A DNA stretch of 64,000 nt from an uncultured Thermoanaerobaculia bacterium (GCA_964558905.1 CAZLGP010000055.1:10650-74649); one strand, 5' to 3'. Numbered from the stretch's first letter, positions 27,872-37,869 are shown. Translations and numbers: made by a program. The notes: a model not told the origin generated them from the letters alone.

Positions 27872-28119
27872 CCGAAGTCTCCTCCGGAATGCTGGTCGCG
27901 GGCTATGTCTTCGCAGCCCTATTCTTCGGCCGCTTCTGGGCGCAGAGCCGGGATCGGCTCTTCGCGATGTTCGCCGTGGCGTTCGGACTCCTGGCGATCC
28001 AGCGCCTGGCTCTATCGCTGAGCGCCGCACCGCTGGAGGATCGGACGATCTTCTATCTCCTCCGCCTGTTCGCCTTCGCCGTCATCGCCTTCGCCATCAT
28101 CGACAAGAACCGCCGCTGA
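27868..28119 (+). CDS. small integral membrane protein (83 aa)
   Basis: MTEVSSGMLVAGYVFAALFFGRFW... ATGA overlap with the previous gene. Confidence 0.45.
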   Translation: MTEVSSGMLVAGYVFAALFFGRFWAQSRDRLFAMFAVAFGLLAIQRLALSLSAAPLEDRTIFYLLRLFAFAVIAFAIIDKNRR

Positions 28120-28170
28120 GCGGGCCGGCCGTCGACGCTGGTTGCTTCGGCTTGCGGCGCGCCACTGGGG

Positions 28171-28268
28171 GTCTCGAGTCGTCGAGTCGTCGAGTCGTCG
28201 AGTCTCAGAACAGTCTCACAGATGGAGGTTGTGAATGTCTCCGAGACTCTGAGACTCTGAGACTCGCG
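28171..28268. repeat. inverted array of tandem GAGTCGTC / GAGTCTCA octamers
   Basis: (CGAGTCGT)x4 then GAGTCTCAGAACAGTCTCACAG, spacer, then (GAGACTCT)x3. Followed by a partial GCAACCAGCG element at 28275-28320. Confidence 0.8.
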
Positions 28269-28327
28269 CGTGACGGTGCCGCAAGGCAGAGCAACCAGCG
28301 CTGCGCAGTCTGCGCCAGAATGCGGGG

Positions 28328-29347
28328 ATGATCAATCGACGCAACTTCGCCCGCCTGGTCTCGCTGGCCGCGGCCGCCGCCACGGTCAGCGCTGCGCCGC
28401 CGCGCCGAACGATTCTCAAGCCGAAACGGCTCGCCGAGGGGGACACCGTGGGCCTGGTGCTGCCGGCGTCGTTGACGCTGGAGGGGGACGACATCCAGCT
28501 CGCGAAGGAGCAGCTCGAGGCGATCGGCTTGAAGGTCACAATCGGCGCACACGCGCATGATCGTCACGGCTACTTCGCGGGGCGCGATCGCGATCGCGCC
28601 GACGACGTCAAACGCAAGTTCGCCGACGATCGCATCGCCGGCATCGTCTGCTACACCGGCGGCTGGGGCTCGGCCCGGGTGCTGCCGTATCTCGACTACG
28701 ACCTCATCGCGCGCAAGCCGAAGGTGCTCATCGGCTACAGCGACATCACCGCGTTGCTGAACGCGATTCATCAGCGCACGGGGTTGGTCACGTTTCATGG
28801 TCCCGTCGGCGGCTCGACGATCGAGCCGTATTCGCTCGACAACTTCCGCCGGGTGGTGATGAGTCCCGAGCCGGCCGGCCTGCTCGCGTCGCCACCCAGG
28901 AAGGCGACCGAGCTGGTCGACCGCACGAATCGCGTGCTGCGCCTGCATCCCGGCAAGGCGACGGGACGCCTGGCCGGCGGGAACCTGACGCTGCTCGCAT
29001 CGCTGATGGGAACTCCGTACGAGATCGAGACGGACGGCGCGATCCTGTTCGCGGAGGACATCCGCGAGGAGATCTACCGCGTCGATCGCATGCTCACCCA
29101 GCTCGCCCTCGGCGGAAAACTCGAGCGGATGGCGGGCTTCGTCTTCGGACGCTGCACCGACTGCAGGGCAACGAGCGTCAGCCTGGAGGACGTCCTACGC
29201 GACCGCTTCGGCGCGGGACCGGCCCCGGCGATCTCGGGTCTTTCGTTCGGACACATCGAGCAGAAGCTGACACTGCCGATCGGGGTGATGGCGAAGCTGG
29301 ATGCGGACGCAGGGACGGTGGAGATCCTCGAGGGAGCGGTCACGTAG
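28328..29347 (+). CDS. LD-carboxypeptidase (peptidase S66) with Tat signal
   Basis: RRNFARLVSLAAAAATVSA twin-arginine signal. GYSDITAL nucleophile motif and the S66 fold. Confidence 0.85.
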   Translation: MINRRNFARLVSLAAAAATVSAAPPRRTILKPKRLAEGDTVGLVLPASLTLEGDDIQLAKEQLEAIGLKVTIGAHAHDRHGYFAGRDRDRADDVKRKFADDRIAGIVCYTGGWGSARVLPYLDYDLIARKPKVLIGYSDITALLNAIHQRTGLVTFHGPVGGSTIEPYSLDNFRRVVMSPEPAGLLASPPRKATELVDRTNRVLRLHPGKATGRLAGGNLTLLASLMGTPYEIETDGAILFAEDIREEIYRVDRMLTQLALGGKLERMAGFVFGRCTDCRATSVSLEDVLRDRFGAGPAPAISGLSFGHIEQKLTLPIGVMAKLDADAGTVEILEGAVT

Positions 29348-29394
29348 CCGGCACGGCCGGCTGCGCTGATTGGCCAAGCCTCGGGCACGCTGTA

Positions 29395-29640
29395 CTACCT
29401 GACCGGCCTTGATGAGGGGGATGACATCTTCGATGTCATTAGCCGCGGAGACGGCGAAGGACCCCCTGCGATAGACGACGCCCGCGCCTGAGGCAGGGGG
29501 TCCTTCGCCGCGCTCCGCCGGCTCAGCATGACACCGTTTTCTGCCGCGTAGGCTCATGGCCGGCATGGTCGACTGCGCTGGTGGCTCGGCCTTGGAGAGT
29601 TCAGTAGAGTTTCCGGGCCTGACCCGACTTGACTCCGTTA
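29395..29640. repeat. composite repeat region that shares modules with 35941-36213 and 2500-2602
   Basis: Palindrome GATGACATCTTCGATGTCAT. Modules GACGGCGAAGGACC and GGCTCAGCATGACACCGTTTTCTGCCGCGTAGGCTC. Half-copy of the 2500-2602 element at 29603-29640. Confidence 0.65.
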
Positions 29641-31104
29641 CCGCGCCTCCAGCCCGGCGAACAATGCCTCGAAGATCTCGATGCCGTCCCACAGGTTCTG
29701 CAGGCGGAGGTTCTCGTTCGCCGCGTGCTGGTTGTTGTCGTGGTTCACGGTCGGCAGGACGATCGTGGGTGTATCGCCGGGATGCTGGAAGAGATAGATG
29801 GGGACGCTCCCGCCCATCGTCGGCAGGCGAACCGGCTCGTGTCCGGCCTGCGTCATCAGCGCGGCGATCTCCTTTGACAGAGGGAGATCGAGCGGCGTGC
29901 GGGCCGGCGGGTAGCCTGGGCCCCAGCGTACGCGCACGATCCTTTCCTTCGAACGGCGCGTCTCCGGATCGGGGTCATCGCGCACGATCGTCCATCCGCG
30001 CGCAACGAGGTGCCGCTCGACGCGCGCCTTCACCGAGTCGGGCGTCTGCGCGGGCACGAGGCGGAAATCGATCGCCGCGCGAGCGCTCGTCTGGATCGTG
30101 TTCGATGCCTTCTCGCCGACGCCGCCGGACTGGATGCCGCTGACATTCAGCGCCGGCAGCAGGATCCGTTCGTTCAGCGACGGCCCTTCCGTCCGCGCGA
30201 TTTGAAACTGGCGACGCAACTCGGCCTCGACCGGCGGCATCGCGGCGATGGCCTCTTTCTCCGCGGGTGTCGCAGGCACGACGTCGTCGTAGAAACCATC
30301 GATGAGGATACGGCCGTTCTCGTCGCGCATCGAGTCGATGAGGTGCGTGAGCGCGACGATCGGATTGGGGACCCAGTTCCCGTAGTGACCGTCGTGCAGT
30401 CCGCGCACGGGGCCATAGACGACCAGGTCGAGCGCCTGCACGCCGCGCACGCCAAACGCGAGCTGTGCGCGACGGCTCTGGTGTACGGGACCGTCGCAGA
30501 TGATCCAGGCATCGGGACGGAGAGCATCCGGGTACTTCGCGATGAATGCGCCGAGGTTTGGGGAGCCGGCCTCCTCCTCCCCTTCGAAGACGAAGCGCAG
30601 ATTCACGCGCGGCTTCACGTTCTTCGCACGCAGACGATCGAGCGCGGCGAGCATGGCCACGATCGGCGCCTTGTCATCACTCGCCGAGCGCGCGTACAGA
30701 CGCCACTCAGGATCGAGCGCCGGCGCGTTCTGCCAGTCGACGTCCTTCCCGCTCGCATCTCGCATGACCGGCGTCCACGGCGCGCTCTGCCACTGCGCGG
30801 GATCGACCGGCTGTCCGTCGTAGTGCGCGTAGAACGCGATCGTCCGCTTCGAGCCCGCGCCTTCGAGATCGCCGACGACGATCGGCGGTGCGCCGTCGAG
30901 GGTGAGGAGCCGCGTGGCGATGCCGCGCTTCTCCAGCATCGCCACGAGCGCCTCCGCGTTGCGCGTGATGTTTGCCGTGTCGTCCGCGAGGTTCGGGATC
31001 GCGAGGAGTTCGGTGAGCTCGCGAAGCACGGCTTTGTCGTCCGCGAAGAGCGGCAGGGCGCAGAGAAGAGCGATACAGAACGCACGCATGGCCCGATGGT
31101 ACAT
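29638..31104 (-). CDS. M20-family metallopeptidase (dipeptidase-like), secreted
   Basis: Signal peptide. Metal ligands in AFYAHYDGQPV, ASDDKAPIVAML, VFEGEEEAGS. The ATG at 31089 is an alternative start. Confidence 0.85.
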   Translation of the reverse strand: MYHRAMRAFCIALLCALPLFADDKAVLRELTELLAIPNLADDTANITRNAEALVAMLEKRGIATRLLTLDGAPPIVVGDLEGAGSKRTIAFYAHYDGQPVDPAQWQSAPWTPVMRDASGKDVDWQNAPALDPEWRLYARSASDDKAPIVAMLAALDRLRAKNVKPRVNLRFVFEGEEEAGSPNLGAFIAKYPDALRPDAWIICDGPVHQSRRAQLAFGVRGVQALDLVVYGPVRGLHDGHYGNWVPNPIVALTHLIDSMRDENGRILIDGFYDDVVPATPAEKEAIAAMPPVEAELRRQFQIARTEGPSLNERILLPALNVSGIQSGGVGEKASNTIQTSARAAIDFRLVPAQTPDSVKARVERHLVARGWTIVRDDPDPETRRSKERIVRVRWGPGYPPARTPLDLPLSKEIAALMTQAGHEPVRLPTMGGSVPIYLFQHPGDTPTIVLPTVNHDNNQHAANENLRLQNLWDGIEIFEALFAGLEAR

Positions 31105-31439
31105 GGAGAGCGCCGCGGCAGCGCTGTCGCCTTACGACCAGACCGTTCAAGCCCATCGCGTTGCGACGCGATCCGTTCCGCGAAGTGGGAGAGACTGCAG
31201 CCCATGCGCTGACGCATGCGTGCGCCGCGTCGCGGCGGCCGGAATGCGAGTCCAAACCTTCACGATGCCACCCGATCCAGACATCCGGTGCCGCTGACGC
31301 GGCACACTCCCCTGGCAACCCTTTCCGGGGGTTGCTCGCTGCGCGCTCGCACCCCCGGCTACCGTCTGGCTGCCGCTCCGCGGCAAGGATCCACGCCGCT
31401 TCACGTCGGCGTAGACTAGACCGTACGGCGCAGACCTTG

Positions 31440-31713
31440 GAAGGGTCAAACGTGTTGTCGAGCGCCTCGTCGTCCGCCGTCCAACACTCGAGGCCATCGC
31501 CGCCCGTGCTCTGGTTCGGGTAGTAGCCCGAGGCGTGCATCTCGGCGTCGCGGAATCGGGTGACCCAGAAGTGATGATCGAGGAACGCCGCGCGCTTGCG
31601 CACGGGGACTTCGTGGTCACGAACGGCAGGGAGTTGTCGCCGGGGATGAGGAGGTAGCCGGTCGTGCCGCCGAGGGCGTTCTTCACGGCCGCGCAGACTC
31701 CTAGTCGCCGCAC
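31440..31713 (-). pseudogene. degraded gene remnant in two frames
   Basis: Frame 1 gives MRRLGVCAAVKNALGGTTGYLLIPGDNSLPFVTTKSP. Frame 2 gives VRKRAAFLDHHFWVTRFRDAEMHASGYYPNQSTGGDGLECWTADDEALDNTFDPSKV. Both are flanked by Arg-rich noise. Family not recognised. Confidence 0.3.
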
Positions 31714-31725
31714 TCCAAATCGTCG

Positions 31726-32700
31726 CTACGGTACCCGTGCTCTGGCAATCGTGTTCGCGTCCGTGCCGAACCAGAGGTCGCGACGCTGCGCGTCGAAGAT
31801 CATGTGGCGCACGGTGCTGCCGCCGCTCGGCACGTTGCCGCTCGCGAAGAACTGCTTCGTCGCGGGATCGAAGCCGACGAGCCGGTTCGGTTGCGGGCCG
31901 GTCTCGACGAGCCACATCCGTCCGCGGTCGTCGACCGCCATCGCGTACGGCAGCGAGCCCTTGCCGGAGGGCGTGAGCCACTCAGAGACCTCTTTCGATT
32001 TCGGATCGAAGCGCGCGATCCGCCCCCGGGCGTAGTCGACGTACCACACGCCGCCGTCGCGCCCCAGGGCGATGCGCCGCCCGCGCGTCCCCTCGGGGAG
32101 CGGGTGCTCTTCGAGCTTCATCGTCTTCGGATCGATCGTGCCGAGGGCGTTGCGGCCGAATTCGTTGAACCAGGGGCGGCCGGCGTCGTCGACGACGATG
32201 CCGTACGGGCGCGAGCCGGGTGTCGGGACTTTCACCAGCCGCACCGCTCCGCTCTTCGGATTCAGATGACCAACGAAGCTGCCGGATTGCACCGTGAACC
32301 AGATGCTGCCGTCGGGCGCGAGAACGAGCGTGTGCGGGTCGCCCGCGCTGCTGTCGGGCATCGGGAACTTGCGGATCTCGCCGCGTTTCGAATCCAGATG
32401 GCCGATGTACCCCTTGCGATTGGCGGCGAACCAGATCGCGCCGTCCGCGCCGACGATCAGATTGTGCGGGCCCGCGCCTTTCTCCAGCGCGAAGCGGTCG
32501 AACTTCCCGTTCGCGGGATCGAGCCGCGCGATGTAGTCGGCGGTCTGACCGACGAACCACACCTTGCCGTCGCGATCGACGGCCGGATCGCGGGGCCGCG
32601 TGTCCTCCCACGGGACGGGCCACTCGCGGATGCCGATCGTGGACTGCGCGTTCGTGACGAATGCGGCGAAGAGGATGACGAGAAGGGCGATGGATTTCAT
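31726..32700 (-). CDS. Vgb (streptogramin B lyase)-like beta-propeller protein, secreted
   Basis: Signal peptide. Five or more repeats of D-G-x-(I/V)-W-F-x...G-x-(I/L)-x-(R/H)-(L/F)-(D/N)-P. Confidence 0.55.
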   Translation of the reverse strand: MKSIALLVILFAAFVTNAQSTIGIREWPVPWEDTRPRDPAVDRDGKVWFVGQTADYIARLDPANGKFDRFALEKGAGPHNLIVGADGAIWFAANRKGYIGHLDSKRGEIRKFPMPDSSAGDPHTLVLAPDGSIWFTVQSGSFVGHLNPKSGAVRLVKVPTPGSRPYGIVVDDAGRPWFNEFGRNALGTIDPKTMKLEEHPLPEGTRGRRIALGRDGGVWYVDYARGRIARFDPKSKEVSEWLTPSGKGSLPYAMAVDDRGRMWLVETGPQPNRLVGFDPATKQFFASGNVPSGGSTVRHMIFDAQRRDLWFGTDANTIARARVP

Positions 32701-32740
32701 GTCGGGCTCCGTGTGTGGTGATTATCGCCTTTGCGCGGCC

Positions 32741-33241
32741 CTATCCGCCTGCCTCGTAGCGGAACTTCACCGGTGTCGACGCGGCCGCGTTGCCGTCGCG
32801 GAGCTTTGTCAACGTGCCCGTCAGCGCGGCCGTCTCGTACGGCGGCGGGTTCTCCGCGAAGTTGCCGACGACCTCGAATGCGCCCTCGAAACGGTAGCTC
32901 ACGCCGTCGACCGCCGCGGTCGTGAACGTCAGGTTCCGGCCGTCGAGCTTCGGGCTGACGAGCACGTAGTCCTTCGCCTCCTGCTCCTTGGGCCGGAGGA
33001 ATCCATTGAGCGGCGCGGGCGCCGCATTCTCGTCGATCGTCGCGAGCAGCAGATGGTCGAGCTCCGCGAGCTCCGGGGGGAGCTCCGTCATCACGAAGTA
33101 GGCACCGGTCGGGTCGAGGGAGACGATCTCGGGCGCGGTCTCGCTCGATGTCGCGGTCGCGGTCACAGACGGCGCTTCCGCATCACGACATGCGGCAACG
33201 AAGACGAGAAGGAGAAGGAGAGGGATCCATCGGCGGGACAT
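32741..33241 (-). CDS. lipoprotein of unknown function
   Basis: MSRRWIPLLLLLVFVAACRD lipobox. Start at internal ATG 33241. Confidence 0.45.
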   Translation of the reverse strand: MSRRWIPLLLLLVFVAACRDAEAPSVTATATSSETAPEIVSLDPTGAYFVMTELPPELAELDHLLLATIDENAAPAPLNGFLRPKEQEAKDYVLVSPKLDGRNLTFTTAAVDGVSYRFEGAFEVVGNFAENPPPYETAALTGTLTKLRDGNAAASTPVKFRYEAGG

Positions 33242-33263
33242 GGGACGCGACGTTACCACGCCC

Positions 33264-33388
33264 ATGTGGAGTGCGGCAGCAGCGCTGCCGCTTTCCATGC
33301 GGCGGCGTCGAGCCGCCGATGGGCGGGCGGGTGGCCGCAGCTCGACGCTGCGGCCACCCAGTGCGGCGACTCGCCGTCGCCGCACTCC
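33264..33388. repeat. 14-bp perfect inverted repeat (ATGTGGAGTGCGGC / GCCGCACTCCACAT) enclosing inner palindromes
   Basis: Intergenic, between the hflC 3' end and the lipoprotein start. Inner palindrome GCCGCAGCTCGACGCTGCGGC. Confidence 0.6.
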
Positions 33389-33395
33389 ACATCCC

Positions 33396-34334
33396 CTACC
33401 TCGCGGAATTGAGGTATCGCAGCAGCTCGCTGTCCGTCGACAGCAGCAGCAGCGTGTCCTTGTCCAGGCTCTGCTCGAGCGTCCCCATCGACTTGAGGAA
33501 CCGGTAGAACTCCGGGTCGCGGTTGTACGCGGCGGCGTAGATGTCCGCGGCCGCGGCGTCGGCCTTGCCTCGAATCTCCTGCGCCTGCCGGTAGGCCTCG
33601 GACTCGATGACCCGCAGCTCGCGCTCCTTCTCACCCGCGATGCGGGCCGCCTCACCGGCGCCTTCCGAGCGATACAGCTCGGCGATCCGCTGGCGCTCGG
33701 AGATCATGCGCGCGTAGACCTCCTGCCGTACCGCATCGACGTAGTTGATCTGCTTGATGCGGAAGTCGAGGACCTCGATGCCGAGGTCGCCCGTGCGCCG
33801 GCGGGCGTTCGCGAGAACCTCCTGGGTCAGTCTGTCGCGCCCGAACTGCACGCGCTCCGCGGGCTCCTGCTCCCCGAGCTCGGCGATGTCCTCGGCCACG
33901 ACGAACGGCCGATTGGTCGACCGCACGAGGTCGATCAGCTCGTTCTTGGCGATGGTGTTACGCGTCTCGCCGTCCAGGATGTCGTCGAGACGCGACTGCG
34001 CGCCGCGCTCGTTGTTGAGGCGCTGAAAGAAAAGCAGCGGGTCGGTGATGCGCCAGCGCGCGTACGAGTCGACCCAGATGAACCGCTTGTCCTTCGTCGG
34101 AATCTGGTTCGGGTCTCCGTCCCACTCGAGAAAGCGCTTCTCGAACGCATGCACGGTCTGCACGAACGGCATCTTGACCTTCAGACCGGGGGTGTTGATC
34201 GGCTTTCCGACCGGTTTGCCGAACTGGGTGATGACGACCTGCTGGGTCTCGCCTACGGTGTAGAGCGCGCTCGAGAGCACGGCTCCCCCGAGCAGCAGGA
34301 TGACGACGATGATGACGATGCGGATCTGACTCAC
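33396..34334 (-). CDS. hflC: protease modulator HflC (SPFH / band 7)
   Basis: N-terminal transmembrane segment plus SPFH domain. Overlaps hflK by 4 nt. Confidence 0.9.
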   Translation of the reverse strand: MSQIRIVIIVVILLLGGAVLSSALYTVGETQQVVITQFGKPVGKPINTPGLKVKMPFVQTVHAFEKRFLEWDGDPNQIPTKDKRFIWVDSYARWRITDPLLFFQRLNNERGAQSRLDDILDGETRNTIAKNELIDLVRSTNRPFVVAEDIAELGEQEPAERVQFGRDRLTQEVLANARRRTGDLGIEVLDFRIKQINYVDAVRQEVYARMISERQRIAELYRSEGAGEAARIAGEKERELRVIESEAYRQAQEIRGKADAAAADIYAAAYNRDPEFYRFLKSMGTLEQSLDKDTLLLLSTDSELLRYLNSAR

Positions 34335-35320
34335 GGCTTCACCTCGGTCATGTTCTGGAGCGGGAGCAGCGGCATGAGGTTGCGCAGTTTCTCGTCGAGC
34401 ACGATCTTTTTGGTCACCTTCGGATAGATCGTGGCCATGGTCTCGAGGTACATACGCCGCCTCGTCACCTCCGGTGCGCGCTGGTAGGCCGCGTGGACCT
34501 GCGTGAACAGCTCGGCGTCGCCGCGGGCGCGGTTGACGCGGTCGGTGGCGAAGCCCTGGGCTTGCTGGATGGTCTGCTGGGCCTGCCCTTTGGCGCGGGG
34601 GATGATCTGGTTGTAGTCGGCGCGGGCCTGGTTGATCAGCTTCTCGCGCTCCTGCTGGGCCTGATTGACCTCATTGAACGAGGGCTTGACCTGGTCCGGC
34701 GGATTGACGTCCTGCAGCACGATCTGTTCGACCTTGATCCCGTTCTCGTACTGGTCGCAGAGCGCCTGCAGCTTCAGTTCGACCTCGTTGGCGATCTCCT
34801 GGCGCCCGACCGTCAGCACCTCGTTGACGCTGCGGTCGCCGATCACCTCGCGCATGACCGTCTCGTTCATGTCGCGGAACGTCTTGCGGACATTCCGGAC
34901 GCGGAAGAGGAACTTGTACGGATCGCGGACGCGGAACTGCGCCGTCCATTCGACGACCGCGACGTTGAGATCGCCCGTGAGCATCAACGACTCCGCGGAC
35001 AGCTCCTCGGCCGAGTACGTCGTGCGGATGCCTGCCTCCTGCGTGCGGAAGCCGAACTCCTCCTTCAACTGCCGCTCGATCGGGACCTTGACCACCGTCT
35101 CGAACGGAAACGGGAGCTTCAGGTGCAGACCCGAGGGGACCTGCCGCGCGAAGCGGCCGAAGCGGAGGACGATGCCCGCTTCCTCCGGATCGATGGTGAA
35201 CCATGTCGTGAAGAGAATTGCGATGGCGATGATGCCGCCGATCACGCGCAGAACGATCCCTCCGGGAACCCGGGGCGAGCGGAACTGCCGTACGTTTGGC
35301 ATCTCGAAATCCATAGGCAT
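34331..35320 (-). CDS. hflK: protease modulator HflK (SPFH / band 7)
   Basis: AAGGAGG RBS upstream of ATG 35320 (MPMDFEMPNV). Transmembrane segment plus SPFH domain. Confidence 0.9.
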   Translation of the reverse strand: MPMDFEMPNVRQFRSPRVPGGIVLRVIGGIIAIAILFTTWFTIDPEEAGIVLRFGRFARQVPSGLHLKLPFPFETVVKVPIERQLKEEFGFRTQEAGIRTTYSAEELSAESLMLTGDLNVAVVEWTAQFRVRDPYKFLFRVRNVRKTFRDMNETVMREVIGDRSVNEVLTVGRQEIANEVELKLQALCDQYENGIKVEQIVLQDVNPPDQVKPSFNEVNQAQQEREKLINQARADYNQIIPRAKGQAQQTIQQAQGFATDRVNRARGDAELFTQVHAAYQRAPEVTRRRMYLETMATIYPKVTKKIVLDEKLRNLMPLLPLQNMTEVKP

Positions 35321-35352
35321 GAGTACCTCCTTTTGGACAAAGACCTGATGCC

Positions 35353-35943
35353 ATGCTATCAGGCCAGCAGATGACGACACTGGGTGAGTCTTATCGCATG
35401 CTGGAGGTGACGCCCGACGCGTCGGACGAGGAGGTCCAGCGCGCGCATCGGGACCTGACCAAAGTATGGCATCCCGACCGCTTCGGCAACGACCCGGAGC
35501 TGCGCCGGAGGGCCGAGGAGAAGCTGAAGGCGATCAACGAGGCGTGGGAGACCATCCGCATGTCGCGGGAGGGCAGTTCCCGGCGGCCATACGCCGAGGA
35601 AGATGCGCGCGACGCATGGCGCGTGCGATGGAGCGGACGCGAGGTCCGCGTCGCCGGCGGCCTGCAGGCCATCGTGATCCTCGTCCACCGCGGAGCGATC
35701 GGCGAGGAGGCGGAGATCTTCGATCCCGCCGCCGGACGGTGGGCAACCCTGGGCGAGTTCGCCGAACTGCGCACCGCACTCACCCAGCGCCGCATGCGGC
35801 GCAATCGAACGTGGGCAGTCACCTGCGCAGTCATTGCGATCTTCTTCCTCCTCCGGCGCCCCACGCCGGGCGGGCTCGTGATCGCGCTGATCCTGTTCGC
35901 GGTGGCGATCGTCTTCCTCGCGAGGATGCGGGCGGTGCGCTAG
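35353..35943 (+). CDS. J-domain (DnaJ-like) membrane protein
   Basis: ESYRMLEVTPDASDEEVQRAHRDLTKVWHPDRF with the HPD motif. Two C-terminal transmembrane helices. Confidence 0.75.
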   Translation: MLSGQQMTTLGESYRMLEVTPDASDEEVQRAHRDLTKVWHPDRFGNDPELRRRAEEKLKAINEAWETIRMSREGSSRRPYAEEDARDAWRVRWSGREVRVAGGLQAIVILVHRGAIGEEAEIFDPAAGRWATLGEFAELRTALTQRRMRRNRTWAVTCAVIAIFFLLRRPTPGGLVIALILFAVAIVFLARMRAVR

Positions 35944-36213
35944 TGTCGTGTCACTAGCCGTTGCTCCATGAGGGTGTCATCCTGAGCCGCGTAGACGGCG
36001 AAGGACCTTCTCCGTTGCGTGCTGGAAGGTCCTTCGCTGTCTACGCAGCTGCTAATGACATCGAAGATGTCATTCCCCTCAACGAGGCCGGCAAAACAAG
36101 ACGCAAAGCGTGCCCAAGGCTTGGCCAACAAGCGCCGCCGGCCGTGCCGGCTCAGGATGACACCGGTTTCTGCCGCGCAGGCTCCTAGTGTCGTGTCCAG
36201 GCTGACACTAGTG
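35941..36213. repeat. composite repeat region (modules TAGTGTCGTGTC, ATGACATCGAAGATGTCAT, GCGCCGCCGGCCGTGCCGGC, GGCTCAGGATGACACCGGTTTCTGCCGCGCAGGCTCC)
   Basis: Shares ordered modules, some inverted, with 29395-29640 and with the 24522-24699 element. Confidence 0.65.
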
Positions 36214-36291
36214 CGCCGCCGAGCGTCCCCGGAACGAAAAAAGCCTCGGAGCCGCGGCTCCGAGGCTGGCAATCGGCGCTTCGGTGAATGG

Positions 36292-37506
36292 TCAGTGGCC
36301 GGGTCTTTCCACCTCGGGTCGGCGCCGCTCCCGCGGTTCGCCCTGCAGCTCCATCAGCTCGAGACTGAGCGGCCAGGCGCCATCCGGGCGGACCAGGTAC
36401 AGGTGGCCGTCGCGCTCTTCCAGACTGGAACCACCGGGCAGGGGCAGCTGATGCTCCGTCTCGCCCAACGCCATCCAGACACGGCCCTGGTGGAACCGCA
36501 GCGTTGGCTTGGTCGGCAGTGCGCTCCGTTCGGCCGGCTCGCTGTTGACCGACGGGCCGCTTGCGTAGTGACCGTGGCAGTAGAACGGGTCGTAGGTCGG
36601 CGGCCAGTACGTCGCATACGTGGAGCCGTAGCTGCTCGTCGTCCGCACGACAACGGTCCCGTCACAGTACCGGTCTTCGTAAGTTTGCGTGTCCTGGTAG
36701 AACACCCAATAGACGTCATGTCGGTAGGAGAACTGACAGTAGGAGTAGGCGTAGCTTGCCGAGAGGACCGTCCTCGTCGATCCGAGATAGGTCGTGGTGA
36801 AGTTGGCGGTGTCACAGGCATCGCCGATCCCGTCACCGTCACAATCCGCCTGATCGGGATTGTAGGTGTAAACGCAGTTGTCGGAGGCGTCCGAGATCCC
36901 GTCGCCGTCCGAATCGCTGCTGCCCTGGCAGTCGTTCAGACATTGGTAGTACTCGTTCTCGCAGGAATCGCAGATCAGGACTGTCTCGCAACCGGGGGTG
37001 TTCTGATAACACCATTGGCGATTGAGCTCGCAACCTCCGGCACAAGTGGTCGTGGCGGCCGGGCGGGCGCGTGTTGGGCCGGTCGGTGCGGGAGCACCCG
37101 CCTCGAGGCCGAACGTGGCCGCGTCGGAGCGCGGTCGCGCGATGGCGGGATTCGGAGCCGCGAGCCGGTCGCTGTACGCGAAGAACTCCGCCAGGGAGAA
37201 AGTGCCCAGCGTGTGCCTATCGCGCGACACGCGCACCGTGGCGGTGCGATCGCTGCTCGCCAGCCGCGCCAGCCGCGCCTTTCTGACCGGATCGTGCTGG
37301 AGGAACTCGAAGGTTCCGCCGCCGGCGTTCCGGCGGAGCTCGAGGACGTCTTCGACGAAGAGGCGATCGTCGACTCGAATCTCCAGGCGGAGCTCGGACG
37401 GATCGGACCCGTCGGGAAGTGAATAGAGCAGCCGAGGCGCTTGGGGCGCCGCAGCGACCGTTCCAGCGAGAAGCAGACCGACTACAAGCGCAGAAAATCG
37501 TCGCAT
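36292..37506 (-). CDS. secreted protein with thrombospondin type-3-like calcium-binding repeats
   Basis: Signal peptide. SDSDGDGISDASDNCVYTYNPDQADCDGDGIGDACD repeats. Cys-rich. Confidence 0.6.
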   Translation of the reverse strand: MRRFSALVVGLLLAGTVAAAPQAPRLLYSLPDGSDPSELRLEIRVDDRLFVEDVLELRRNAGGGTFEFLQHDPVRKARLARLASSDRTATVRVSRDRHTLGTFSLAEFFAYSDRLAAPNPAIARPRSDAATFGLEAGAPAPTGPTRARPAATTTCAGGCELNRQWCYQNTPGCETVLICDSCENEYYQCLNDCQGSSDSDGDGISDASDNCVYTYNPDQADCDGDGIGDACDTANFTTTYLGSTRTVLSASYAYSYCQFSYRHDVYWVFYQDTQTYEDRYCDGTVVVRTTSSYGSTYATYWPPTYDPFYCHGHYASGPSVNSEPAERSALPTKPTLRFHQGRVWMALGETEHQLPLPGGSSLEERDGHLYLVRPDGAWPLSLELMELQGEPRERRRPEVERPGH

Positions 37507-37869
37507 GAAACCTCCCTAGGTGTGTTCTGTTCGCCGATTGTCGAACCTCAGCGTAGCAGGTCATGACGGCTATAGGTATGGTTGCATGGAGATCCGGCGA
37601 GACGTAGCGTCGCAGCGGGTCGACGTGTCGAGGACGCCCTGCCGTCTCCGCCACTGATCCGAAAGAGCCGCGGAGCGCCGGCTTCCAGCCGGCCGCTACG
37701 CCGCCTTCCAGGCGGCCCGGGTCGGGAGCTTGCGCCCAGCTTGTGCGATCCCGGCGAGTCGCATGCCGCGTCCAGAATATCCAAACTCCAGACCCCCGGC
37801 AGAGCCCCGGACAGAGCCCTCAATGGCGTTAACTTTAGGCTCGGGCACCTGCGCCGGAGGCGCGTAAAG

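Noticed and set aside
30707-31981. 424-aa minus ORF spanning the M20 gene, the intergenic region and the Vgb gene
   Set aside because: Mostly Arg-rich noise. Only a short internal stretch looks protein-like, and that is reported as a remnant.
36019-37422. 467-aa plus ORF antisense to the TSP3 protein gene
   Set aside because: Gly/Arg/Ala low complexity. The antisense strand encodes the better gene.
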